A DNA stretch of 64,000 bases from a virus, in IMG/VR virus record IMGVR_UViG_3300006754_000009, positions 1-64,000 of that record, one strand, 5' to 3'. Positions 48,880-59,664 of the stretch are shown here, one piece after another. Position 1 is the first letter of the stretch; the number at the start of each line of letters is the position of its first letter. The notes under the pieces are model-generated. The model saw only the letters and a list, made by a program, of their open reading frames with translations. It was not told where the DNA came from and searched no databases. A program made the translations under genes and the position numbers.

Positions 48880-51800
48880 ATGCCTAGTAATAGATTTAGA
48901 TATCCTCCATCCCCACCCAATGGTTTGGGAACGTTCAGTGATAACTTAGTAGGCAATCAGATTACTGATGGGTCATCACAAATGACTTTAGGTAATTTTT
49001 CTACCCCACAAAATTATTCTAGACAAAGTAGTAGTGTTTACAATCTAGATAGTTTTTCCGCTCCTATAACTTTAGAATCTTTAAATATAACGGACCTTGA
49101 ATTAGCTCAATCATTAAGTAGTAATCAACTACAAGTATATATTAATAATGATACTACTGAGTTAACTAATTTTGTATTATACGGCTCCTTAAACAAAAGA
49201 TTAAAAGTAGCTACTCAGAATATAATAAATTTTTTTCCAGGAGCACTTTTTATAGATGGAATAGACCCAAACTACAACACAGGAAATACTACCGCTTATA
49301 ATATTGTTTATGATAGTGGTAGAAATCAGACCACTTTTAAGGTTAATGTAAACTATATATCGAACCCATTTAGTATAGAGTTTACAACTAATGGTGACAT
49401 TATAACCACCAATTTAAATAAAGAACAAATAATAAATAATTTAGAGTCATTTGGTTATAGTAGTGATACTATAGTAAATGTAGCTGATGGTACCGTATCC
49501 CAGTTAAGAAATTTTACTAAAGAATATAATAACTATTGTTTAACTTTTAGTGGGAGTATTACTGACAAAGAATATAAAGTTTTAAAATTTAAACCACAAA
49601 CTACAACCATTAATTATATAGAATTAACGGTCAAAGGAGCTCCATTCGGAACCGGTAGCACTACCACAACACAGTACTACTTAAAACCCAACAAACAGGA
49701 ATCAGAAAAAGTATTTAAAAAATTTGATAATATAGAATCATTTTTAGTAAATAGAGACTGTACTCCTATCTATACAGCACACTTTAAACTAATAAAAGAG
49801 ACAGACCAAGGAGTAACATATTTTAATAACGAATATATTACATGGATACGTCAAGATGCAGTAAATATAGATATTACCACTAGTAATTACACTAACTATT
49901 TAACTAAATTAGCTTCTATAGGGGACGAACTAGACCAACAAAAAACCAATCTAATTTCTCGATTTTTAACAGCTCCAATACTAAAAGAATTCGATACTAC
50001 GGACCAAAAAGTAGAAAAAACATTACAAATTTACGGAAGAAGCTTTGATGATGTAAAAACATTTGTAGACGGCATAGCTTATATGACTAACGTTACCTAT
50101 GACGGTAAAAACAACATACCCAATAAATTAATTAAGAATTTTGCTCAGACATTAGGGTGGACAACACCAACAACCTTAGATAACACCACATTTTTGGATA
50201 GCGTATTAGGAGTATCCAACCCCACCTACTCAGGAACTAGTGTAGGTAAAACACCAGCAGAGTTAGATGTAGAATTATATAGAAGAATTTTAATGAATAC
50301 GGCTTACCTATTTAAATCTAAGGGTACCAGAAAATCTATAGAGTTTTTATTGTCCTTAATAGGAGCTCCTCCAGCATTAGTAGAATTTAACGAATATATT
50401 GTACTAGCTGACTCTAAACTTAGATTACAACAACCCCTACAATATAGATATGGGGGGCCCGAAGAATGGAGTGCCTCCACAGGTACCACTAATTGGAATA
50501 ATATTGGAAACCACACAGGTACGGGATGGGTGTCACCAAATTACTATAGACCACCCAATAGATTTGAAAATAGATGGTCTCAAATATCCGGAGGGACATA
50601 CGACACCACCACCATAAAATTTAGTCATATATTATTTAATTTAGGTGTACAACCAGCATTTTATTTGTCTACTGGTACTACATCACACCCATTTATTAGG
50701 TACACACCCCAAAATACACAAGGAGACTACCCAGTAGATAAAGACGGATACCCAACCAAACCAAGAGTAACTAATAATTATTTTTTCCAGAGAGGTGCTG
50801 GGTGGTTCGAAAGAAATGAAGAACATAAATCTGAACTAATAATAGATGAAAAAACTTCTGTTCTCTCCGGATGTACCCCCCAGATAAATAATATATTTGG
50901 GCCGTTCACATGGGGTGGTTTCTGGACTATGGGACAATACTCTAATGACTTAAAATGTCCTTATCTAGATAGATTTAGAAGATTTCCTCATATGCCTTTT
51001 GGTTTTGGATTAACCAGAATAATTGATGATAAAAAATCATGGCCTTATTTAGAACCAGGAAGACATCTAAGGGATTTTACTTTTAAAAATAGAGACGCGT
51101 ACTACCATACATATAATGAAAAATTAGTTCTAAACGTAAAAAATATAGAGTTAAATTTAAATATAGGACAAGGATTGAGTTATGATATATGGAGACAATC
51201 TGCTGAAAGTAATTGTTTCTTTAGTGGAGGTTCATTACCCTCACCTTACCCTAATTCAGGAGGAACTTGGGACTCCACAAACCCGCAATGGAACGCAAAA
51301 ATACATGACTTTAAAACCTTCCATAGATATTTCTGGAGAAATTTTATAGATGTAAAAAATAGAATGACCATAAGTGACGGAAAAACAGGAGGATACCCAA
51401 CACTACAACAGATGTATCTAGATTATTTAAGAAATACATGTGGGGATAGTAATAAATACACATATACTAAAATGTTAGACTACGCTCAGTCAATGGGCGA
51501 TTATTGGGTACGTATAATAGAACAAATGATGCCCGCTACAACTTTATGGACTAGTGGTGTAAAAATACAAAATTCAGTATTCCATAGAGATAAGTTTGTG
51601 TACAGGTGTTATAATATGACAGGAACTACCATAGTTAGTGCATTAACAGGCACATTTACTGTTAATCCAACAGGATATACTTCATATCCAGCCCCACAAT
51701 TTCAGATGAGAATGCAAAATGTTTCACCACCGATAACCCCAACTACCGGTACAACATACTATCATAATATAATAAACGGGTCCACCCCAACCCCTATTTC

Positions 51801-52167
51801 TACCTATTCGACATCTTACAATATAGATAACCGAGGAGACAGATTTGGCAGTGAGATAGTAAGTGAAGTAACTAATATATTAGCTAATAAATTTCTCACT
51901 AATAAACGAGAATATAGAGAGAAGGCAATATTTACAAAACAAGGTAGTGTAAATAATCTTTTATGTGTGTACGGATTAAAAGAATTTGGTGATGATGATA
52001 TAAATTGGATAAAAAATTATGATTTAAATATTGAGGGTGACAACCCAATAACACCTACCGGTGGAGTTACAACACCAACAGTCCCTAATACACCAACTAG
52101 AGGAAGGGGTACATTAGGTGTGAGAGCAAGAACACCGATAACAAGTAGTAGAGGAATGTCGTATTAA
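48880..52167 (+). CDS. Baseplate wedge-associated protein (P2 gpI / T4 gp7-like motif)
   Basis: LIKNFAQTLGW and ELYRRILMNTAYLFKSKGTRKSIEFLLSLIG resemble the gpI/gp7-type KGT motif. Confidence 0.65.
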   Translation: MPSNRFRYPPSPPNGLGTFSDNLVGNQITDGSSQMTLGNFSTPQNYSRQSSSVYNLDSFSAPITLESLNITDLELAQSLSSNQLQVYINNDTTELTNFVLYGSLNKRLKVATQNIINFFPGALFIDGIDPNYNTGNTTAYNIVYDSGRNQTTFKVNVNYISNPFSIEFTTNGDIITTNLNKEQIINNLESFGYSSDTIVNVADGTVSQLRNFTKEYNNYCLTFSGSITDKEYKVLKFKPQTTTINYIELTVKGAPFGTGSTTTTQYYLKPNKQESEKVFKKFDNIESFLVNRDCTPIYTAHFKLIKETDQGVTYFNNEYITWIRQDAVNIDITTSNYTNYLTKLASIGDELDQQKTNLISRFLTAPILKEFDTTDQKVEKTLQIYGRSFDDVKTFVDGIAYMTNVTYDGKNNIPNKLIKNFAQTLGWTTPTTLDNTTFLDSVLGVSNPTYSGTSVGKTPAELDVELYRRILMNTAYLFKSKGTRKSIEFLLSLIGAPPALVEFNEYIVLADSKLRLQQPLQYRYGGPEEWSASTGTTNWNNIGNHTGTGWVSPNYYRPPNRFENRWSQISGGTYDTTTIKFSHILFNLGVQPAFYLSTGTTSHPFIRYTPQNTQGDYPVDKDGYPTKPRVTNNYFFQRGAGWFERNEEHKSELIIDEKTSVLSGCTPQINNIFGPFTWGGFWTMGQYSNDLKCPYLDRFRRFPHMPFGFGLTRIIDDKKSWPYLEPGRHLRDFTFKNRDAYYHTYNEKLVLNVKNIELNLNIGQGLSYDIWRQSAESNCFFSGGSLPSPYPNSGGTWDSTNPQWNAKIHDFKTFHRYFWRNFIDVKNRMTISDGKTGGYPTLQQMYLDYLRNTCGDSNKYTYTKMLDYAQSMGDYWVRIIEQMMPATTLWTSGVKIQNSVFHRDKFVYRCYNMTGTTIVSALTGTFTVNPTGYTSYPAPQFQMRMQNVSPPITPTTGTTYYHNIINGSTPTPISTYSTSYNIDNRGDRFGSEIVSEVTNILANKFLTNKREYREKAIFTKQGSVNNLLCVYGLKEFGDDDINWIKNYDLNIEGDNPITPTGGVTTPTVPNTPTRGRGTLGVRARTPITSSRGMSY

Positions 52168-52176
52168 TTAAGTATT

Positions 52177-55100
52177 ATGCCATATAAAATATATAAGAGT
52201 AGAATAGATTTAAGAGTTTTATCAGATAAGATAAAATTTGTATTTTATGTTTCAGGTGATGAAAATATACCACATAAGCGCAACAAGTCTTATAATAAGA
52301 CTAAAGCATTTACTTTCATTTATGATACAAATAGAGCGGTAGAGGTAGTAACTTATAGTGATAATACAGCTGAAAGAGTTTTTCTTAAATTTCCAGCAAG
52401 CAATATAGACATAAAAAATAATAGTGATATGGTTAGTTTTACCACAACCAACCTAGTACTAGAGGTTTTTAGAAATAAACAAGGTGTATTTGGGTTTGAG
52501 GAAGTTAAAGGTGGTGGTTGGGGTGCTTTTCTATCCCACCAAAACTATTTCGACGTAAGTACTGGTTATGGTACTAAAACAGGAAGTGGAGCCCTAAGAA
52601 ATCTAGGAAGAGGTAACGGGGGCAAATCCCACACAATACAAATGCTAATACCAGGTATCAGAGTGAATAAAAAAATAATGAATAATATATCTTTTGACTT
52701 AGATATTCTTATAGAATCACAAAATCAATATATAAATACATTAGGGTTTAAATTAACAAAAGATAATACTATTACTATTGAAAATGGTTTATTGGATATA
52801 AAATCTCCTCGACAAGTAATAAACCAAACAAAGGAATTAGAATTAGATACCACCTACCTGTCATTATCACCAAAAGACTTAGCGTCAAGAAAAGTTTTAC
52901 ATGATTATAAGAAACAACTTATTAAATATAATGCAGATGTAGAAGGGTTACATTTAATTTCTAGTAAGGTTTACGCGGTAGAAAATAATATAGTTCCCGA
53001 TGTTAACTTAGATAATGTAAATTTAACACCTTTGAATACAATACAGATACCCTATAATGTTTCCAGGGTAGTGTTTGACAATAATATTTCCGCAACTAGA
53101 AAATATTTTAAAGAAGGAAAAGAAATATATCAGTTAGATTGGGCACAAGAACTATTTAACAATAACTTAGTAACTAAAGCAAATAAATGTTACTCCCTCA
53201 AGTTCTCAACGGAAGAACAATTAGTAGCCTTTGCAGAAAAATTAAAAAATCAGCAGATAGGTAATATAGAAACCTATCCAGTAGTAAACCCAAATGGAAC
53301 TGTTACAAATGTTATAAGACCATATAGTGATATATCACAATGGGTAGAAAGAACCGTACTAGACCAATTTAATGACATATCTTTTAGTTATAAGAGTAAC
53401 GGACTTATTAGAAGTATATTAGTTTGTCCTAGAAAAAAGACACTGATTAATGATATAGAAGGTAAACAAAACAACCTATATACTAGTGGTGGTGAATTTA
53501 CATATAGAGACGGAAAAAATTATATTGGTTCATATCATATACACCCTGAACATGGAATAATGGAAGGAGCGTATCATACAGAGGAATCTCACCAGAAGTT
53601 AATTAGATTATTTAACTACGCACCAATAAGTGGTGATAGTAAAACCGATTTTTTATTTACTACTTATTCTAATACCACTAAAAGTTTATATTCCGGATTT
53701 ACCACTACAACTACCGACAAATTCAAGAGTAATGACACCTACGATTTATTTCTAACAGGTTCAACTTATTCAGGAAGCACCATAATACCCATAACTAATA
53801 TAGAAACCAACCAAAAGTTACCATTAATAGATGATATAACCAAGGAATACAGACCATATATTTTTAATAAAGGGTATAGTCAGAACGGTGGAAATATTGT
53901 GTTAAATGAATCAAACCCAGATAACTACTTGACATATAGTGTTTCGGGTAACGGTATTTATAGGTTCACCTATAAAGCATATCTAGACATTAAATATACA
54001 GATACTAAATGGTGTAACTATCTTTCCCGTGCTTACCCTTCCTCGACTACAGGAACCTACCCAAGCACTAATTATGATATAAAAAGACTAATAAATACCT
54101 CCATAATTCAAGCGGGGGAAGGTGAGAGTGAGACTGCCATACTGGATACAAACTATAAATTCCACCCGGGGTATAAATTTAAGTCCGCGGAGGAAAAAAG
54201 AGTAGACAACATACCCGATAATAGTGGGATATTAAATTTTAATTTTACTGTGAGGTTGAATAAATTTAATTCAGGAAGTACAGCTTCTACTGTTATTAAA
54301 GAATTTAAAGTTTTAAGAAGTAAACTATATGGGACGGCAAACGACTACTTAACGTTACCCGTAACTCAATTAGACAAAGCATCTAGTGGGAGTAATGTGT
54401 GTGTTTTAAGTGGGGTTTCATCATCGACGATATTCCACAAACAAATCCCCATCACTATAGATACTGGGTTTATAAATTTAGTTAGTGGACAATCTCTAAC
54501 CTTAACTTATGACACTAATTGGAGTGCGGACTCTAAAAGCAATTATTTTAGTGAATCTGGAACAACCAATTTAAAAGTTAATTTAGGACACCAATTAGAC
54601 GTAAGTGGTAACACTAAAAATGCACCATGGTTTAGGGGGGTTAAAGTAGGAAATGAATTCATATATAAAAAATTATTTTTTGACGCGACACAGAAATCCA
54701 AAGCATTTACAATGGTTTCTTCAGGAGAAGAGAGAAAAGTAAAAACTGATGGTACCCTATACCTAACCGATAAAGAATGTGGAAACATAACCAGACCAGT
54801 AGTAAATAAAGAAACATTTAATAGATTAAGATTTTTAGACACCACCGGACCAAAGGATATGTTAATATGGGACCAAAGTGTTACCACACCCACTAATAAT
54901 TGGCAAAAATTAATAGAAAATAATACCATCAAAGATTATATATTACCTAAATGTGAGGATACTTTCTGCCATCTTAGTGAAATGCATGAAGATGGAGTAT
55001 TCTGCTTCAACCTACCAACGTATAATGATGAATATGGTGGGAAATGTGATTTTACTTTCCCACAAATTAAACAATCCTATGTTATTCAAAACGTGTTTAA

Positions 55101-56106
55101 AAATATGTTTGGAAACCAGTTAACTCACTATATAGTTGTAACACCAGAATGTAATTTCTATAAACCATGTTCACCATCTAAAGTGAATACAGCATATGAT
55201 ATTTTACATAAAAATATCCCACAGAATTGGAAATTAGTTAATGTAAACAAAAAATTAAAAATTAATGGTAAAGAAATTAAAATTATTTCTAGTTATTCAC
55301 ACTATAATCCCGGACCAACAACTATGGCGGGTGATTTTAGATGTCAATATTATTGTAAATGTGGACAAACTATGGCAGAAGAACTCGGAATAGACCCAAT
55401 CTATGGTGTGAGTGATGTTTATACTAATTTAGAGTTATTAAATTGTGATGAATGTTATCAAGAAGCAAAAAAACATTGTGATAAGTTATATAATACATGT
55501 AAACCAATTCTAGTAGGGAGTTGTGATGACGCTGATTTTGTACTAGAACCAACAGGAAATATAGTTAAAAAATCTCCAGCCCTCATATCTACAACATCAT
55601 TAACAACACTAGATGCTGGTGGGGGAACCGCCCCACCCAAACCATCAGGACCATGGAATCCACCAGGAGGGCCTCGAGGACCTAGAGAGCCTATAAAAAC
55701 CAATGAAGAACGACCAGATAATACTAGGTACATTTGTGATGATGGGGTGTGTATTCCATATGTAGCAGAAACAGGTGGGATTAAGGGTATGGGGGATACA
55801 TCAAGAACTAGCACCCAAACACTAACTACTACTAGTAGTATAATATACGCGAGTTTAACTACTTGTATGGCAGATTGTGTTGTCACAAGTAGTGGTAAAC
55901 CTACAACGCCTTCTGAAGAAGAAGAACAAACACAAGATAACAGTGATTATGGTGGGGGTAGTCATGATGAGGAAGTAGATGACGGTAGTAAAGAGTCCGA
56001 TAAAGATACTGATAAAGAAGGTGTATGTCCCCATAGCTATTATTGGTGTGAGGCTATGGGTGATTGTATAAGCAATGATGTACCTTGTGAAGAGATGTTA
56101 AAATAA
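52177..56106 (+). CDS. Large hypothetical virion protein with a Cys-rich, Pro-rich and acidic C-terminus
   Basis: 1309 aa; NLYTSGGEF...YIGSYHIHPEHG motif; YICDDGVC...YASLTTCMADC repeat shared with the 2636-aa protein. Confidence 0.65.
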   Translation: MPYKIYKSRIDLRVLSDKIKFVFYVSGDENIPHKRNKSYNKTKAFTFIYDTNRAVEVVTYSDNTAERVFLKFPASNIDIKNNSDMVSFTTTNLVLEVFRNKQGVFGFEEVKGGGWGAFLSHQNYFDVSTGYGTKTGSGALRNLGRGNGGKSHTIQMLIPGIRVNKKIMNNISFDLDILIESQNQYINTLGFKLTKDNTITIENGLLDIKSPRQVINQTKELELDTTYLSLSPKDLASRKVLHDYKKQLIKYNADVEGLHLISSKVYAVENNIVPDVNLDNVNLTPLNTIQIPYNVSRVVFDNNISATRKYFKEGKEIYQLDWAQELFNNNLVTKANKCYSLKFSTEEQLVAFAEKLKNQQIGNIETYPVVNPNGTVTNVIRPYSDISQWVERTVLDQFNDISFSYKSNGLIRSILVCPRKKTLINDIEGKQNNLYTSGGEFTYRDGKNYIGSYHIHPEHGIMEGAYHTEESHQKLIRLFNYAPISGDSKTDFLFTTYSNTTKSLYSGFTTTTTDKFKSNDTYDLFLTGSTYSGSTIIPITNIETNQKLPLIDDITKEYRPYIFNKGYSQNGGNIVLNESNPDNYLTYSVSGNGIYRFTYKAYLDIKYTDTKWCNYLSRAYPSSTTGTYPSTNYDIKRLINTSIIQAGEGESETAILDTNYKFHPGYKFKSAEEKRVDNIPDNSGILNFNFTVRLNKFNSGSTASTVIKEFKVLRSKLYGTANDYLTLPVTQLDKASSGSNVCVLSGVSSSTIFHKQIPITIDTGFINLVSGQSLTLTYDTNWSADSKSNYFSESGTTNLKVNLGHQLDVSGNTKNAPWFRGVKVGNEFIYKKLFFDATQKSKAFTMVSSGEERKVKTDGTLYLTDKECGNITRPVVNKETFNRLRFLDTTGPKDMLIWDQSVTTPTNNWQKLIENNTIKDYILPKCEDTFCHLSEMHEDGVFCFNLPTYNDEYGGKCDFTFPQIKQSYVIQNVFKNMFGNQLTHYIVVTPECNFYKPCSPSKVNTAYDILHKNIPQNWKLVNVNKKLKINGKEIKIISSYSHYNPGPTTMAGDFRCQYYCKCGQTMAEELGIDPIYGVSDVYTNLELLNCDECYQEAKKHCDKLYNTCKPILVGSCDDADFVLEPTGNIVKKSPALISTTSLTTLDAGGGTAPPKPSGPWNPPGGPRGPREPIKTNEERPDNTRYICDDGVCIPYVAETGGIKGMGDTSRTSTQTLTTTSSIIYASLTTCMADCVVTSSGKPTTPSEEEEQTQDNSDYGGGSHDEEVDDGSKESDKDTDKEGVCPHSYYWCEAMGDCISNDVPCEEMLK

Positions 56107-56113
56107 ATAAAAT

Positions 56114-59100
56114 ATGGGAAGTATAATAGGAAATAACGGTAATATAAATTTAGTGGGTGTTACTATGCAAGACACTGTTAGTGGGCAATGTGGAGGAGCT
56201 ATATATAACCCCCAAGTCTCCGGAACTAGTACCACTTCACCATATAGTGTTGTCTGGTCCGGCATAAGTAATTATAGTGCCACAACATTTAATATATTTA
56301 GTTTATGTGAGGGGGAATACCAAGCTGTAATAACGGATGCAACCGGAGGTACCGGAACCACAAATATATTAATAAGTGGATATACAAACCCAACCATTTC
56401 AGCTAGATTAACTAACGATGACTGTATACTAGACCCCAACAAAAAAGGAACCATAACAATAGATAGTTCAACTACCACCACTTCAACCTACACCTATGAA
56501 CTTTCTAAAGATAGTGTTTTAAAAGACAGTTATTATGGTTCTACAGCCGACACTTCATATACCTTTAGTGATATCGAAAACGGCGTTTATACTGTAAGTG
56601 TTATTGAAGAAAAAGCAACCCAATTCAGTGAAAGACCAGATAAAACGGGATGTACCTATACGGATTATAATGATGGTGGAGAATATAGTGGATGGACCAT
56701 AGCAAATTTATTTGCTAAATGGGAATCGTGGTTACCACGTGCATACCACACTGTTACTTTTGGGGCAGGTGTAGGACCTGCGATTGGTGGTGGTAGTGGG
56801 GGTAATTTTGATTCTGGGTTAGGTAGTAATGGAAGAATATATAGTAATAATCCATATGTTTGGTTTTATACAGGAAGTTCAGCAACTAGAAAATCTGATA
56901 CCACAAAAAATTGGTATTTAGGAAGTAGTGCATATACTATAGACGAAGGTGATAACATAGGACCTTCCGGACCAACAGCTACCGCAGCAGATGTAGGTTA
57001 TTTTTATTATAATACAGTAATAAATAAATTTTTAATTTGGTGGAACGGTTTACCAGGGACAACTTATGGTTGGTTAACCTGGGACCCTAGAGTAGACTAC
57101 GGAATTTACGGAAACCCCGTCGCTTGTAGAGCTCTTACAGGTTCAACCAACGGTATTAGTAATATTGATGTGGACGGTAATGATTATACTGTAGATTCAT
57201 CAGGTAATGTTGCGTTAGCAAGTACCGTAGTTAATGCGGCACCAAGTGCTTTACGTAAATTTGCAACACCTACAACAGGAAATTGGAATCAAATCATTGG
57301 AAGAACCAGTCTATGTTCCTATATGAATTATACCTGGGCCACTTCATTTAATTCTACAGATAGTGATGATGATACAATAGGTTTAATTCTTGCGTCATTT
57401 AGAGATGAATATGGAACTTATGGGCCTACTGGTGTTACCCATACTCTTTCATTAAACTTTAGAGGTTCTACGGGAGCTATATCGATTCTTGATAATACCA
57501 CAAATACTGCTTATTCTAATTTTTATTATTCAGGAAATCAATTTAGAGACTGTAGATTAAGTGCTAATTGTACTACTAATCCTTATATCAGTACTAAAAT
57601 CTTAGAGAATGATGGGGGAACTACACCATTATCAGGAGCAAATTGGGATGTCATGGGTTCATTAAGAACTAAAATTACGAGGTCGGGAGAAATGGGAGAA
57701 CATTTTAAAATCCAACTTACCCATACTATGGGTCCTGCTGGGGTTGTACCTGCAGGAGGAGCGAGTGGATATATTGACGCGTATGAAATAAATCTTAATC
57801 TTTTAGATAGACTTACATGGACAGGAAATACAATTTCCGCAGAACCATGGATAGATGACTATGCATTCTGTAAATATTTAGGTTCACGAAGAATAGGCTT
57901 TTATGCTAGTTCACAAGAAGCTGTAAGTTGGTATCATATGCAATTTAGTGGAAGCCCAATACAAAAATATTTAAGTGTACCTAATTGTAACAAACAAAGA
58001 GGTCCCATAACTTCAGTAATAATTACAGCAACTACAGCCACCACCTTAAATATAAGTGAAACAAAATCACAAGTACCTTATACCACCAACGAACCAGGGG
58101 TCCCACAAATAAGACCTAAGATGAATGTTTCTTTACAAACAATGCCTAACCCATCAGTTACTATTAATGGAATAAATAGACCTTACGTGACATCAACCGA
58201 TACAATAGGTGGGGTACCAGATTTGAATATATATAATTTAAGTAATAGTGGTAGTTGTGAAGTACAATTTTATTTTGGTGGTGAGAATGACGAATTAATT
58301 TTTGGGGACGCTTATCCTAAGTTTAGAATCTACCCTTATTTATCTGAAACAGATGAAATAGCTACCATACCTGACTATGAAGCTATATTTGACACATTAC
58401 CTTCTTATTTTGACCAGACATTACAAAATACAATTGTTAGTGCGAGCACCACGATTCCATTATCTAGTTTAACACAAAGTTCATGGCAATTTATTGTTAA
58501 ACCAACTTATTTATTTAAAGACAAAAACTCGGTAGCGGATTATTGGATAGATACCGCCACCTACCCACCTAGTAGTAAAATTGACATTAAAAGAGATTTC
58601 TATTTAGTTGTAGTTAAAAATCCAGCTACCCCTGACTTATACTTAGGTGATTTTAAGTATCCAGCTAATACAGTACCATCTCTTTATACACAAACATTTA
58701 CAATCGATGGTATGCCTGACGCACCAGGTTATGTTGGACCTAGTGTAGTTAAAAAAGCACCCGGACCATATTCCGCGTATACATACACTTACACGTTAAG
58801 GAGTGGAATATTTAATAGAACAGGACCTTTAGTTTATGTGAACGGAATATTATTAACGGAAGGATTTAGTGGTACCACGACTAAACCACAGACAGGGGAC
58901 TATAATTGGTTACAACCATCTAGAACTATAAGATTTCATGCAGAAACAGTGAGAAATAAGGATGTCGTACAAGTGATTTATGACACTATGGGTAATTCTT
59001 ACGTTGAATTTGCTACATTACCAGATACAGTACCAACATCCAGTGGAGAAACTATATATGAAGCAGATGGGTATTATTATATTAATTTAACTAAACAATC

Positions 59101-59617
59101 CACGGGGGGTGTTGGATTAGCATTAAACGGTGTAACTCAGACAGTCGACACCGATTTCCAACAAGTTAGTAACAGAAGGATTCAATTATTACGTAGTACT
59201 TCAGATTATGTAAGTGGAGATACTTTTGCCATATTTTATAGAACCATATATCAAACCATATCTGTCGCAGCAACTAAAAAACCACAAGTCCCAATTAGAT
59301 ATACAAAAAAATATAATTTAGAAGAATTTATTATAATCAAACTGTACAATGCTAATGGTGACCAAGTAGATGAACAAACTATAGTTGTGAACCCACACGA
59401 AATAGGGCCCATAAATAAAATGTGTTATTTAGAACCATCTACTTTTGGAAATTATACGTATGAAGTATTAATAAAAAGAGCTTACCCATTAATAAATAAA
59501 GATACGATTTACACTGTATCACAAAGTGAAAGAATACCATTTGAAATAAGTAAAAGTGTTTTTTACACAGATAACCCTTTTAAAAGAGAAGCTTTAGGTA
59601 GAGTTACACCATATTAA
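56114..59617 (+). CDS. Putative tail fibre / adhesin with SprB-like repeats and a lectin-like central domain
   Basis: N-terminal GAI...PYSVVWSG...IFSLCEGEYQAVITDATG (SprB-like); central DSDDDTIGLI; two C-terminal VYVNG/LALNG...D[YF] beta repeats. Confidence 0.6.
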   Translation: MGSIIGNNGNINLVGVTMQDTVSGQCGGAIYNPQVSGTSTTSPYSVVWSGISNYSATTFNIFSLCEGEYQAVITDATGGTGTTNILISGYTNPTISARLTNDDCILDPNKKGTITIDSSTTTTSTYTYELSKDSVLKDSYYGSTADTSYTFSDIENGVYTVSVIEEKATQFSERPDKTGCTYTDYNDGGEYSGWTIANLFAKWESWLPRAYHTVTFGAGVGPAIGGGSGGNFDSGLGSNGRIYSNNPYVWFYTGSSATRKSDTTKNWYLGSSAYTIDEGDNIGPSGPTATAADVGYFYYNTVINKFLIWWNGLPGTTYGWLTWDPRVDYGIYGNPVACRALTGSTNGISNIDVDGNDYTVDSSGNVALASTVVNAAPSALRKFATPTTGNWNQIIGRTSLCSYMNYTWATSFNSTDSDDDTIGLILASFRDEYGTYGPTGVTHTLSLNFRGSTGAISILDNTTNTAYSNFYYSGNQFRDCRLSANCTTNPYISTKILENDGGTTPLSGANWDVMGSLRTKITRSGEMGEHFKIQLTHTMGPAGVVPAGGASGYIDAYEINLNLLDRLTWTGNTISAEPWIDDYAFCKYLGSRRIGFYASSQEAVSWYHMQFSGSPIQKYLSVPNCNKQRGPITSVIITATTATTLNISETKSQVPYTTNEPGVPQIRPKMNVSLQTMPNPSVTINGINRPYVTSTDTIGGVPDLNIYNLSNSGSCEVQFYFGGENDELIFGDAYPKFRIYPYLSETDEIATIPDYEAIFDTLPSYFDQTLQNTIVSASTTIPLSSLTQSSWQFIVKPTYLFKDKNSVADYWIDTATYPPSSKIDIKRDFYLVVVKNPATPDLYLGDFKYPANTVPSLYTQTFTIDGMPDAPGYVGPSVVKKAPGPYSAYTYTYTLRSGIFNRTGPLVYVNGILLTEGFSGTTTKPQTGDYNWLQPSRTIRFHAETVRNKDVVQVIYDTMGNSYVEFATLPDTVPTSSGETIYEADGYYYINLTKQSTGGVGLALNGVTQTVDTDFQQVSNRRIQLLRSTSDYVSGDTFAIFYRTIYQTISVAATKKPQVPIRYTKKYNLEEFIIIKLYNANGDQVDEQTIVVNPHEIGPINKMCYLEPSTFGNYTYEVLIKRAYPLINKDTIYTVSQSERIPFEISKSVFYTDNPFKREALGRVTPY

Positions 59618-59640
59618 GATGAGTAAAACAAAATAAAATG

Positions 59641-59648
59641 TATTTATG
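59641..59648 (+). promoter_or_regulatory. TATTTATG putative late promoter
   Basis: 16 nt before ATG 59665. Confidence 0.55.
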
Positions 59649-59664
59649 ATTAAAGGAAAAAATT

